A stretch of 64,000 bases of DNA, taken from the NCBI RefSeq assembly GCF_048593235.1, contig NC_133619.1:651102558-651166557 (forward strand), written 5' to 3'. The stretch's first letter is position 1, and every line of letters starts with the position of its first letter. Below the pieces are notes generated by a model that was given only the letters and a program-made list of their open reading frames with translations, was not told the DNA's origin and ran no database searches. The stretch is from Sminthopsis crassicaudata (lineage: Eukaryota). Below, piece after piece: positions 1-17,437 of the stretch. The position numbers were made by a program, and so were the translations under genes.

Positions 1-145
1 ATTCATAAATATCTTCAAAAATGAAAATAGGTTTACGAAAAACAAGTCCTTCCCCAGCTGGGGAGGGGCGGGGAAAGGAGAGTCCTTGGCCCCAAGTGCT
101 GGGGGCAGGCAGGAAGGGGAGGGGGAGAGGGTCAGCGGGCAGGGG

Positions 146-6959
<6,814 letters not shown>

Positions 6960-6969
6960 CTTTCCTGCC

Positions 6970-6990
6970 CTAGGCACACCTGCTCTTCAT
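6970..6990 (-). promoter_or_regulatory. Upstream ORF MKSRCA* in CNOT3 exon 2 5' UTR
   Basis: ATGAAGAGCAGGTGTGCCTAG lies inside exon 2 (acceptor CAG at 7010-7008) and ends 10 nt before the main ATG. Confidence 0.6.
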
Positions 6991-7826
6991 GCTCCCAGAG
7001 TCAGACACTGCAGAGGAGGGCAAGGGCATCAGGGCAGTGGCCCCCAGAGGGGCGGTCCCGGGAGGGGGCGGGGGTCCCAGCAGCAGCCCCTCCCCCCACG
7101 TGAGTGGGGTCAAGGAAGTGCCCCCCCAGGGAAATGGCAGTGCCCCCGCCAGGAGGAGAGGGGTTTACAGCAGCGCCCCCCCAGCAGGATCAGGAGGGCA
7201 GGGCCCAGCGCCCGTGACAGGACGAGGGGCTCCCACAGCCGCAGCTAGAACCGGGGACCCCCACCTGGGGCCTGGAAATCGGAGACCCCCGCCCAGGCAG
7301 GCGTGTGGGGGCCGCCCGCTGCTCCGCGGCAGGGGCATGGCTGGCGTGGGGCTCCCGGCCCAGCCCCCAGGCAGCGGCCGGACAAAGGGGCCGGGCCAGC
7401 TCTGCAGCGGGGCTCTGGGGGAGGCAGGAGCGGCGGGGCCGAGCTTGGGGGTACAGCACCTGGGGAGGCTGGCTGACGTCAGGCCTGACCCTGGGGGAGG
7501 GGCGGCCGGCTCTGCCCAGGAGCACGATGCTCCGGGAGGGCACGTCCGGCTCTACAGCAGGGGCATGACTGTGGGGCCGGCGGAGGCCGGGGCTCCTGGG
7601 GGAACGACGCCCGGAGGGGAGGGCCGGCGCGGAGGCGGGACGTGCCCCCCGGGGCCGGCTGCCCGCAAGAGTCTCGGTCTGGCTCTTTGGGGGGCACGAC
7701 CCCCGGGGGGAGGGGGGTGAAGGCTCTGCGGCAGGAGCGTGATGCTTTTGTGGGACCCGGCTGAAGCGGGAACACGGGCCCCCCGAAAGGCAGGCCCCCT
7801 CGGCCAGGGCAGGGCGGCGCTCTCAC

Positions 7827-8113
7827 CACACAGGCCCGGCGGCTCCTGGCTCCTCGGCGGCTCCTCAGCGGCCTCGGGGACCGGGCCTGGGCCGGGGCCG
7901 GCCTCGGGCTCCCGGTGGCGGGCGGGCGGGCAGAGGGGGCGGCGCCTGGGAGGGCGCCTGTCGCGACAGGCCCGGGCGCTCTCGTGACAGCGGCGCAGGC
8001 CGGGCTCGGGCTCCCGGGGGGCCGGGGAGGGCTCCCGGGGCTCTGGGGCCAGACGCGGCGGTTCCGCTCGCTCGCTGCTCCGCGGAAGCGGCCCTGGCCG
8101 GCTCCAAGATGGC

Positions 8114-8144
<31 letters not shown>

Positions 8145-8200
8145 GCCTCGTCTGCGCCCCCGGCCCGGCCCCGCCCCGCCCGCGCGCCCCGGCCGCGCCT
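7827..8200 (-). other. CNOT3: CNOT3 non-coding exon 1 (5' end approximate)
   Basis: Donor TGTG|GTGAGA at 7827/7826. It lies in a CpG island with a YY1-like GCCGCCATCTTG motif and a (GCC)n tract at 8111-8146. Confidence 0.6.
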
Positions 8201-8970
8201 GCCCATTGGCCGCGCCGCGCCGCTGCGCTCGGATTCCATTGGCCGCCCCGCTGGCAGCGGCCGCCGATTGGGCGACATCGAGCCCGGCCCGCCTCCCACC
8301 CCCTCCCTTCGGACTCCCACCCCCTCCAGGCACAACACGCCGGCGCGAGGACGGACGCGTCAGTCAGGCAGCCGTCGCGGCGCCATAGGCTGGCGTCGTT
8401 CCTCCCCGCCCCACTTTCGCCCTATTGGTCGGGGAGGCGGAGCCGGAGGCTGCAGCATCAGTCAGAGCCTGGGCCAAGTTTCACGGGCTCTAGGTAGCGC
8501 CTACCCGCCTGTCATTGGTCAAGAGAAGAAGCCAAGGCAGGGCTTCATTGGTCCCAGCCATACCCCCCGTGGACAACAACACGGCAGTGTGAGGCTCGAC
8601 GTGTCCGTCAGACGGGAACGGCCTCGCCGTTGGCCAGCCCCGACTCCCGCCCCGCCTCCAGAGGCCCGGGGGTGTTCCCGAGCTTGGGAGACCTCCGTAC
8701 CTCCGCAGGGCCGCGTTCACATCGTTCGCTTCCCTATAGGCCGAGCGGTTCTGCCTGAGCTCTCCCACCCTGCTTAGTGCAGAAGGCCGGGCCTCGCTCC
8801 GCAGCCGGGACCCCCGCGACAGCAGCCACGGCTCGGCGCCCATTGGACGGGCAGAGGGCCGGCCCCAGGCGCACGACTTCCCTGCACACTGTTGGCTAGT
8901 GTAGCCGCCACTTATCCCAGAGCCACCAATGAAGGGGCGGGGCCACAAGCACAGAGATCCGATTGGACCA
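8200..8970 (-). promoter_or_regulatory. CNOT3 CpG-island promoter with nine CCAAT boxes
   Basis: ATTGG at 8205, 8238, 8267, 8424, 8514, 8547, 8842 and 8962, CCAAT at 8926, plus GC boxes. Confidence 0.75.
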
Positions 8971-9058
8971 ACGGCCGAGACGGGTCCTCTGCTACCCAGA
9001 GGGAAACTGAGGCTTACAGGCCGGGATGCCATGACTGCCAGCCCCTTCAATAAACATT

Positions 9059-9064
9059 TTTATT
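9059..9064 (-). terminator. PRPF31 poly(A) signal AATAAA
   Basis: TTTATT on the + strand, about 77 nt past the PRPF31 stop codon. Confidence 0.75.
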
Positions 9065-9140
9065 TGGTTTTCCACTTTTTCTTTAAAAACTGCAAGAAAA
9101 AACTAAAAGGGGGAGGATAGTGGGCCTTGGGGAGGCTCCA

Positions 9141-12100
9141 TCACGTGGACAGCACCCCACTCTTCTCCCCCTTGACCTTGAGGAACTCGGCCATGCTGGA
9201 AAAGTACTTCTGGTTGGCCTCAGCCACCTTCTTCTCGGCGGCCTGCGGGTTCACGATCTCCAGACCCTGGGGAGGGGCGGGAGGGGCGCTGAAGGGGCTG
9301 GGGGGCAGCCCCCACCCCTACTTTGCTCTCCTCAGGCCACTTCTAGGCCAACCCCTCCCCCCCCAGTCTCACACACACATACACAAGCCCCTTCCCCAGG
9401 CCTCCATTCCCCCGCTGACCCCCCAGGCTGGTCACCCCAGGGGCCTGAGGCAGTACCTGCAATGGTGTGAAGGCCACACTGGACGCAGTCCCCGACGAAC
9501 GGTCTCGAATGGTGGACTTGCCCCCGTAGACCACACTCTGCTTCTGCAGGGTCCGCTGCAGGGTGCAAGAGAATAAGATGGACCCCGGCTCCCCCTGGGC
9601 AGGGTCTGTTCCGGGACTTTGCAGTCCCCGGGAGTCCACCATCCCAGTCCCACCCACTGCCCATCCCCCCCCCCCCCCAGCACCTGGAGGGTCTTGGAGA
9701 TCCGGGCCTTGGTGGCTTCGTTGACTTGGGTCTGGCGCACGCGGCCACTGCCCGACTTGCCCAAGTGGCCCAGGCTGAAGCCCAAGTCCTCCTGGTAAGC
9801 ATCCTCCTCAATCTAGGGGGACAGAAAGGCGCCATGAGAGCCCAGCCATCGCAGGAGGGGGAAGGCAGGGTCCCCAGGGGCCCCCGAAGGCCTCACCTCC
9901 CCAAAGCTCATGCGGTTGGCCTGTTTGCGGATCTCCGTGAGCCCCAGACGCTCCTTCATCTTCCGGTACCTGGGAAGGGGCAGAGGGAAATAGGATGAAG
10001 AGGGAGAACCCAGAGGCAGGACCCTCCCAGGGCAGCGCCCGGGGTCCTCACCTGCGGCCACCACGCTTCTTCCTCTGTCCATCCAGTGGAGCGGGCAACG
10101 GCTTTACCTGCTTCACGGGGGGTGGCTCCTGCCACTTGTCAAATTTTCGCTCGATCTCATCCTTGAGGTCGTAGCCCACCTGGGGGGAGGCAGATAAGGA
10201 GGTCCCACAGAGCCAGGGAGGGGAAAGGGCACTCATGGGGGGCACCCAGGGCACACTCACCAGTCCGAACCTTTATTTCCCAAAGTGTAAAATGTCATCA
10301 GCGAACCCCAACCCTCCAGGAGGTTCCCTGCAGGTGTAGGGACTGCCCCTGGATCCCTAAGCAAAAGAAGAGCAGTGGCAGCTCTTCCACAGGCTTCCTA
10401 CCTTCCCCTCGGGGCTCTCGTGGAAACTGTCCACTCGTGCGGCCAGGGTGCACTTGGCAGCCACCAAGCGAGCCGCCTTCCGTCGCAGGTCCTGCGGGGG
10501 TGGGACACTGTCACGGGGGCGGAGACCTCGCCCCGAGCCTTGGACTCGGCCCCCACATCTCACACGAGGGGGTTCCTTGGGCGTCTCAGAAGATGGGCTT
10601 GGACACATTGCAAAGGCTCCTCCTGACACAAGCCTGGGGCCCAGCGAGCGTCCGAAGCCCAGAGGGGTCAAGAGCCCGGCACCAGAGCCAGCAGACTGAT
10701 GATGAGACGGGGCTCACTTTGGGGTGCCTCAGCCTGCCTCGGCGTGGGCATCGGGACCTGGGGGGGGGGGGCAAGGAAAAGGACCAGCAGTCCTCGACTC
10801 CCTGGCCCACACCCGTGCACACACACACATACACACTCACCGGGGGCAGCGACTGCACGATGTCGCTATGGTAGATGTAGCCCGTGTGCGGGAGCACCGA
10901 GGTGGACGAGAAGCCCGAGAGGGTCTTGCGCTGGGCCCCCAGCAGCATGATGTTGCAGGCTGGCATCTTGGAGAGGTTGGTCAGGCCGCCAGCCACGCCT
11001 GGGAGGGTCAGGAAGGTCATCAGAGGTGGCCCCTCCCCTCAGCGACCCCTTTCTCCCCTCCCGTCCAGGGGGCCCCAGCCTCACCCATGATCTTGGCGGC
11101 GGCCGAGGCTCCGATGATGAGGGAGAGGTTGGGCGCGATGAAGGACATCCGCGACTCCACATACTCGTAGATGCGGTGCTTGGAGGCGTTCAGCTCCAGG
11201 GCCATGTCACAGGCCTCCTCCAGGCGCTCCAGCTCCTCCTCCGACAGCTGCTGCCTGCGGGGCCGGGGCGTCAGGTGCGGGCCCTCCCGGGGCTCGACGT
11301 TCAAAGCCCACCTCCCAGCTCCAGCCGGACCAGATGAGGGGCAGGGCTCTTGCCCGGCCAGGGGGTCAGAGGCCCCTAAACTCTGTCTCTGGAATGTGGG
11401 TGTCCACTATTCTCACCTCCCAGGTTCTCCAGAAAGAAGCAAGCAGCGGAACAATCACCCCCCATTATATTTGGAGAAACTGAGGCAGAGTGCAGGAGAT
11501 GGCTTGGCTGCCAGCCCCCCTACGTACCCTTGTGTAGTCGAGGCCGTCACACTGACCACCATGATGGTGGCGTTGGTCAGGATCTGCTGCAAGGTCTCGT
11601 TATTCTTACACTTGTCCAGGCTGTTTCCAAGTTCCTGTAAGGTAAAGAAGGGGACTCCAAGGGTCAGGGGACAGGTCGGTCTGCCTGAGCCAGCCCACAG
11701 GGTCCAAGCCCTGCTGGACCTTAAGCTCTCTTGGACAAAGGCCTCAGCGCCTGCCTCCCTCAGACTGGGCACGCCTTAGGACAAGCCTGTGTCACCCACT
11801 TCCATCTCCCTCAACGGGCCACGGCCCCTCCTCCCTCCTACATACCCACCCCCTCCCTCCCTGGCCTGCTCACCTTGACTGTCCGGATATAATCCAAGGC
11901 GTTTGGAACGAGAGACTCGAGTTCTGGGAAGCGCTTTGAGTATTTGTCCCGGATAAATTTGTGAATGATATCTTCAAAGAGGGGAGACGGCCATGGGTAG
12001 TCTCCTCCGGGAGTCCCCTCCCCCTCCTGCTGCCCCTCTCCTCCCTCCCTCCCTTCTTCCCTCACTCACTCACTCAGCTCATTCTCAATCTCCACAGTCA

Positions 12101-12802
12101 GGTTGTTGGCATCCACGATCACCCGGTACTCGGGGGCGGCCTCCACCGGCCCGGTCACTGTCCAGAGAGCCCAGGTCAGCGGCACCTGCTGCCCACCCCC
12201 CCACCCCCCGGGCAGAGAAGACTCCAGAAACACAGTGGGCCGCTCATAGGAGCTGATGGAGAGTGGAGGGGACAGAAGGGAAAAGGCCCCAGCCACACCC
12301 CCTCCCCAGAAAGCCTGGAGTCTCCGAGCCAGGAAACAAGCCGGCCGGAACGCCGTCCCCGGATTCAGTACACGGTCAGCGTGGGACCGGGATAGGCTGC
12401 GACCCACAAGTTGTCGCAAAGGCTTTCTACGTGGGTCTGTGGGCTCTGGCCGTCCCACCCTGGGGCCCCGCCGCGGCACCAGTACCTTCAGAAGCCTTGG
12501 CCTGCTTGCTGACGTACTCCTCGATCTTCACCATGATCTCGGCAAACTGAGGGGAAGGTCCCGGTCAGAGCCGCAGGCCCGGCCCCTCCCCAGACCCCCC
12601 CCCCGGCCCCCAGTTTGCAGCTCACCATCTTGCTGTCCCACAGCTTGGCGATGCTCTTCACCGAGTCCCCCGACAGGTCCAGCTGCATCTCCTCCTGCAC
12701 ATCTTCGATAGGCGGCTCCTCCTCCTCCTCCCCAAAGCTCCCACCTTCTTCCTCCTCAGCTGCCTCCTCCAGGTCAGCCAGGAGCTCGTCCGCCAGCGAC
12801 AT
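9141..12802 (-). CDS. PRPF31: U4/U6.U5 tri-snRNP protein PRP31, 13 coding exons, 499 aa
   Basis: Coding exons: 12802-12626, 12546-12486, 12157-12074, 11971-11874, 11634-11528, 11254-11085, 10998-10841, 10491-10402, 10179-10052, 9969-9897, 9812-9684, 9555-9457, 9266-9141. They total 1500 nt. The protein starts MSLADELLADLEEAAEEEEGG, contains a Nop domain and ends EFLKVKGEKSGVLST*. Confidence 0.98.
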
Positions 12803-12887
12803 TCTGGGACCTCGAAGCAGAGAGGGAGCGCCTAAGAGCCCCGCAGACACCTCGAACGCCCCCGGCTTCGTAAGACTCCCGTGCAGC

Positions 12888-13100
12888 GGAGGTCAAAGCC
12901 TGTGCTTGTAGCCCAGGGCAGGCAGGGGGGGGGGGGGGGGGGCGGGGAGGTCAAAGCCTGTGCTTGTAGCCCAGGGCAGGCGGGGGGGAGTGGGGGGGGG
13001 CGGGGAGGTCAAAGCCTGTGCTTGTAGCCCAGGGCAGGCGGGGGGGGGGGGGGGGCGGGGAGGTCAAAGCCTGTGCTTGTAGCCCAGGGCAGGCGGGGGG
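12888..13100. repeat. About 55-58-bp tandem repeat x4 with poly-G tracts in PRPF31 intron 1
   Basis: Core GGAGGTCAAAGCCTGTGCTTGTAGCCCAGGGCAGGC at 12888, 12946, 13004 and 13059, separated by G runs of variable length. Confidence 0.95.
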
Positions 13101-13260
13101 CGGGGACGCTGACAGAAAGGAGCATACAGCAGACACTGAGAGAGTGGCAGTCAGCACAGCGAGGGGGGGGGGGGGGCGGAGGGCAAGAAAGGACCCGAGA
13201 CACAAGGGGAGGAGGCAGTGCTAGAACTCGGGCCGGTACTCCCCTGCGACACAGAGGCTG

Positions 13261-13667
13261 AGAGGCAGAGAGGCAGGGAGGCCCAGCCTCAGGCAGCAGA
13301 GACAGAGGCAGAGGCAGGGAGGCCCGGCCTCAGGCAGCAGAGGCAGAGGCAGAGGCAGGGAGGCCCGGCCTCAGGCAGCAGAGGCAGAGGCAGAGGCAGA
13401 GGCAGGGAGGCCCGGCTTCAGGCAGCAGAGGCAGAGGCAGAGGCAGGGAGGCCTGGCCTCAGGCAGCAGAGGCAGAGGCAGAGGCAGGGAGGCCTGGCCT
13501 CAGGCAGCAGAGGCAGAGGCAGAGGCAGGGAGGCCTGGCCTCAGGCAGCAGAGGCAGAGACAGAGGCAGGGAGGCCAGGCCTCAGGCAGCAGAGGCAGAG
13601 ACAGGGGCAGGGAGGCCCGGCCTCAGGCAGCAGAGACAGAGGCAGGGAGGCCCGGCCTCAGGCAGCA
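13261..13667. repeat. About 35-47-bp minisatellite x10 in PRPF31 intron 1
   Basis: Core GGCAGGGAGGCCCGGCCTCAGGCAGCA plus a variable number of GAGGCA hexamers. Confidence 0.95.
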
Positions 13668-14741
13668 GGGATTAGACAAATTCTGGGGTACAGTCACAAA
13701 AAGCGGACAAAGAAAGCTAAGGACCCCTGGGGAGAGAGAAACCAGGGGCAGGGGACTGACAGGCGCCAGCGGTGGGGGCAGGACAGAATGGGGATGGGGG
13801 ATGGAGGAACAAGGCGGGAGCAGCCAGAGCCCGCAGGGGAGGGCCCGAGCCGAGGCTCCCCAGCAGGCCGCCCACAGCTCCCGGCCCACGCTCTGTCCTC
13901 CCCCCACCTCAGCCTTCCCCTCAGGCCTGAGGGAGGCTACCTCCTCCAGGCTCCTTCCTCCCGGCCTTGCCCTCCTCCGCCACGCTCCGTCCTCCCGGAG
14001 GAGGGACGCCCTTTCTCCTCTCCCTGACACTGGCCCCGGTCCCACCACGCTCCCCACTCTCTCCTCTCTACAAAGGTCTCCTCAGCCCCACCCCTGTGAC
14101 CTGCGACCCCAGACACGCTCTGGGGCAGCTTCCCCGGAGTCGCCACACACCCCCAGCCCCCAGAATGCACCGCCCGTGGCGTGGCCCGGGAGAAGCTGCT
14201 CCAGCCTCGCTCCGAGCCCTGGGGCCCAGGCCCGAGCCGCCTCAGTCAGACGAGGGCCCTGACCCGGGCGGCGTGACCCGGCAGCTCTTCCCGCAAACTT
14301 CCTGCCCTGCAGCCTCCTGCTGTGACCCCCCCATCCCCCCCACCCTCAGTTTCCCTCCGCCAGGACACGGAGGAGGCGCAAGGGAAGGAAGGGCAGCCCT
14401 GCCTGCCGCGAGTCCCTTTTCCCCCCTGGCTGAGGAAAGTCACCCTCTCCCGCCCGCGACAAGGCTGCAGGCCCGGAGGCCCCCCCCCCCCATCCTGGCC
14501 CGAGCTCGCCCCCGGGGGCTGCCGGCCCTGGGCCCACCTCAGCCTCCAGCCCCGCCTCCGCGCTTTTGCCCAGGGCCCAGTGCCTGCCCCACGCAAAACG
14601 GTGCGGATTTGCTCCCGCGCTGGGCGCGCCTGCGAATTATCTCCGGTTTACTTAAGTGTGAACACGTCGAGCCCCCACGGAGTGTAAGGTACCGGGGGGA
14701 AGGGACGGAGGCCGCCCCCCCAACCCCCAACTGCCACTCAC

Positions 14742-14800
14742 CTACTGCCTCCTCACTAGCCGGTGCGAGATCTCTGGAAAAAGCGTCGCGGGAAAGTGAC
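14742..14800 (-). other. PRPF31: PRPF31 non-coding exon 1 (5' end approximate)
   Basis: Strong donor GCAGTAG|GTGAGT at 14742/14741, next to the shared promoter. Human PRPF31 also has a non-coding first exon. Confidence 0.7.
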
Positions 14801-14925
14801 GTCAAAGCTACCCGGCTCCTCCTCGCGCATGCTCCACACCCTCAAGAGGGGCCGGCAAAGAGGAGGCTCACAGATATGACGAAAACAGCAAGCTCTAATT
14901 GGTTCTCCGGAAGAACCAATAAAAA
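14790..14925. promoter_or_regulatory. PRPF31/TFPT bidirectional promoter core
   Basis: Perfect CRE TGACGTCA at 14797-14804, and ATTGGTTCT-CCGGA-AGAACCAAT at 14898-14920 (two inverted CCAAT boxes around an ETS-like CCGGAAG). It sits between head-to-head genes. Confidence 0.75.
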
Positions 14926-15637
14926 TCGGCGGCGACGGCCGGCTGCACCAAGACGTGGGGGTCCAGTTCAGCCAAGGGATAGCTCCGGGGCGCTCCGGCC
15001 CCTCTGCAGGCCGAGTAAGTTGGAAGCCCTGGATGTGGAAGTCTCTGAGAGCGATGACGACCCGGACCGCCGGGCCTCGGGCTCATTGGATCCCCCCTAG
15101 GAGGCGAAGGATTCAGAGTCTTGAACCTTAGGGCCAACAGGGCCGGGGAGAACTGCAACTCCCAGGAGAAGCCGGGGCACAGGCCTGGGCTATGCAAGGG
15201 CCGGCTGCCCCAGAGCCTCCTGGGAGTTGTAGTCCCCCCAGCGCTCCAGCCAAGATTTGGGGCTGTCGGTGCCAGATTTGAAGCGGTTGCGCCGGGGTCC
15301 CCAGAGGGGGGGACATTAGTCCGCGAAGGAGGGGAACGAAAGGTCATGGAAGAGACGCCAGGGTCCCGAGAGGAGAGTGAGGGAAGGTTGGGAGAGAAAG
15401 CCCCGGGGCCCCCAGAGGAGGGAGACAGAAGGGTCCCCAGAGGCGAGGAAGGGGAGCCTGAGGGACAGAAGGGCAGGGAAGGCGCTGCGGGGTTCCGAGG
15501 GGGGCCCCCGGAAGAGAAAGGCAGGGGCTCCACAGAGAAGAAGGGGGGCGGGGGAACGCAGTCTCAGGGAGGGGGGAGGGATCCCCCCGGGGAGGGATCC
15601 CCCCCACAGCCCTAACCCTTTGCCCCCCGGCAGCGCC

Positions 15638-17342
15638 ATGGCGGGCGTGGGCTTCGAGGAGTTCTCCGCCCCGCCGGGCTCCGAGCTGGCGCTGCCGCCG
15701 CTCTTCGGGGGCCACATCCTGGAGTCGGAGCTGGAGACCGAGGTGGAGTTCGTCGGGGGAGCCCTGGGGGGGCCGGGGCTCCGCGAGCGGGAGGAAGAGG
15801 AGGAGGCCGCCCGCGGCAGGCGGCGCCGCCAGCGGGAGCTGAGCCGCCGCAAGTACCAGGCGCTGGGCCGGCGCTGCCGGGAGATCGAGCAGGTCAGGCG
15901 GACCACCGGTCGCTCCCCAGAGCTTCCCTTGTCACCGGCCCAAGGGTCTCTGAAAGCCCTGGCGGAGCCTATTTCCCGGGGCTGGAATGTCATCACATGA
16001 TGTAATGGGTGGCCAAGGAGGGGGCGGGGCCTCCTGACCCTTTCTGTCCCCTCAGGTGAATGAGCGCGTCTTGAACAGGCTTCACCAGGTGCAGAGGATC
16101 ACCAGGAGGCTCAGGCAGGAGCGCAGGTAAAGGGGGCAGGACTTTGGGGTACAGAACCATAGGCCCCCTGCCAGGAGGCTGGCAGATGTAGGTCACTTCT
16201 GCCAGCCAATCCGGCTTCAGTGGCTTCCCGCGGCCATCCGGCAGCGAGTTCTCGGAAAGCCTGGGCTCCCCGGGACCCTCCCCCTTCTCCTGCCGTTTCA
16301 GCCCCCTCTCCCTCTGACCATCTTTACCTTCCTTCTAGATAAAGCGCAGGGGCTAAGCCCCCTGCCCTCCACTTTCGGCTCTCCCTCCCCGGGGCCTTGG
16401 GCATACGTTAAGCGCCGCCCCGTGCCCGTCAGTGGCTGAGCACGGAGACGGTCCGAGAACACGCTCCAACAGTAGCCTGTTAACGGGCTTCATCTGGGGG
16501 GGGGGGGCTAGACGCACCAACTGGGAGAGGGGGCTGAAGGCCGGACCAGGGTCTGATGGTAGGGGATTCAGGGAGGACGCTACGGCTCCGTCTTCAGAGA
16601 AGAACCGGTCCATCCACAGCCGGAGCAAGACTGAGGTTGTAGGGGGAACTCGGGGGCAAAAAGGGCAGAATCCCAGCGCCACCTACAGCGCAGGGGAGGA
16701 GTGGCAGCACAGTGACAGGAGCCGAAAGAGGACTAGAATTGTGCGTGTGCCAGCTTCTCCTGTCCCGGCCTCAGGTTTCTCATGCGAGTCCTGGATTCCT
16801 ATGGAGATGACTACCGGAAGAGCCAGTTCACTATTGTCCTGGAGGTGAGGCCTTGGGGCCCAGGGGGGGGGGGAGCCCTCTGGTCCCGGAAGGGGTCAAC
16901 ACCGGCTTCTTGCCTTGGTAGGATGAGGGCAGCCAAGGCCCCGATGCCCCCACCCCAGGAAATGCGGAGAACGAGCCACCGGAAAAGGAAAGCCTGTCCC
17001 CTCCCCCTCGGCGCCCCCCCGAGCCTGGCAGTCCCCCACCTGGGGAAGGCCCCAGTGCAAGGAAAAGGCGGAGGGCGCCCCGGGATGGACGCCGAGGTGG
17101 GGTGCTGCTGACCCCAGAGTTGGACCCAGGCCAGGTAAGCACCTCCAGACAGGGACGGGGAGGAGGGCGAGCACAGGACTTCCCGCCTCACCTTGCTTCT
17201 CCTCCCTCAGATCAAAGTGGAGGATGACTTTGGCTTCGAGCCAGAAGAGGCGCTCACCCCAGGATGGGTAGCCCGAGGCCCGGACAAGCTGCTGTCCTAC
17301 CCCAGTCTGGCCAGCCCTCCCTTTGACATCACCCCCCAATAA
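15638..17342 (+). CDS. TFPT: TCF3 fusion partner (INO80 complex subunit F, Amida), 246 aa from the exon-2 ATG
   Basis: Exons 15638-15892, 16056-16126, 16775-16844, 16922-17134 and 17211-17342 total 741 nt. The protein runs [39 protein letters not shown]...[13 protein letters not shown]...SPPFDITPQ*. An extra N-terminal coding exon is possible. Confidence 0.96.
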
Positions 17343-17343
17343 A
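17338..17343 (+). terminator. TFPT poly(A) signal overlapping its stop codon
   Basis: CCC CAA TAA A: the TAA stop at 17340-17342 lies within AATAAA. Confidence 0.75.
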
Positions 17344-17405
17344 GCTTTGTCTCCCCTCCACTGCCGCACACAGCCTGGCTGAGACTCAAAGATAACACAA
17401 GGATG

Positions 17406-17411
17406 TTTATT
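17406..17411 (-). terminator. NDUFA3 poly(A) signal
   Basis: TTTATT on the + strand, 26 nt past the NDUFA3 stop codon. Confidence 0.8.
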
Positions 17412-17437
17412 AGAGGGACGGGGGGCAGAGGGAGGCT

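Noticed and set aside
8109-8777. 222-aa poly-Ala-initiated ORF antisense to CNOT3
   Set aside because: The ATG is part of a YY1-like motif followed by a GGC tract. The rest is typical stop-poor CpG-island sequence with no recognisable domain.
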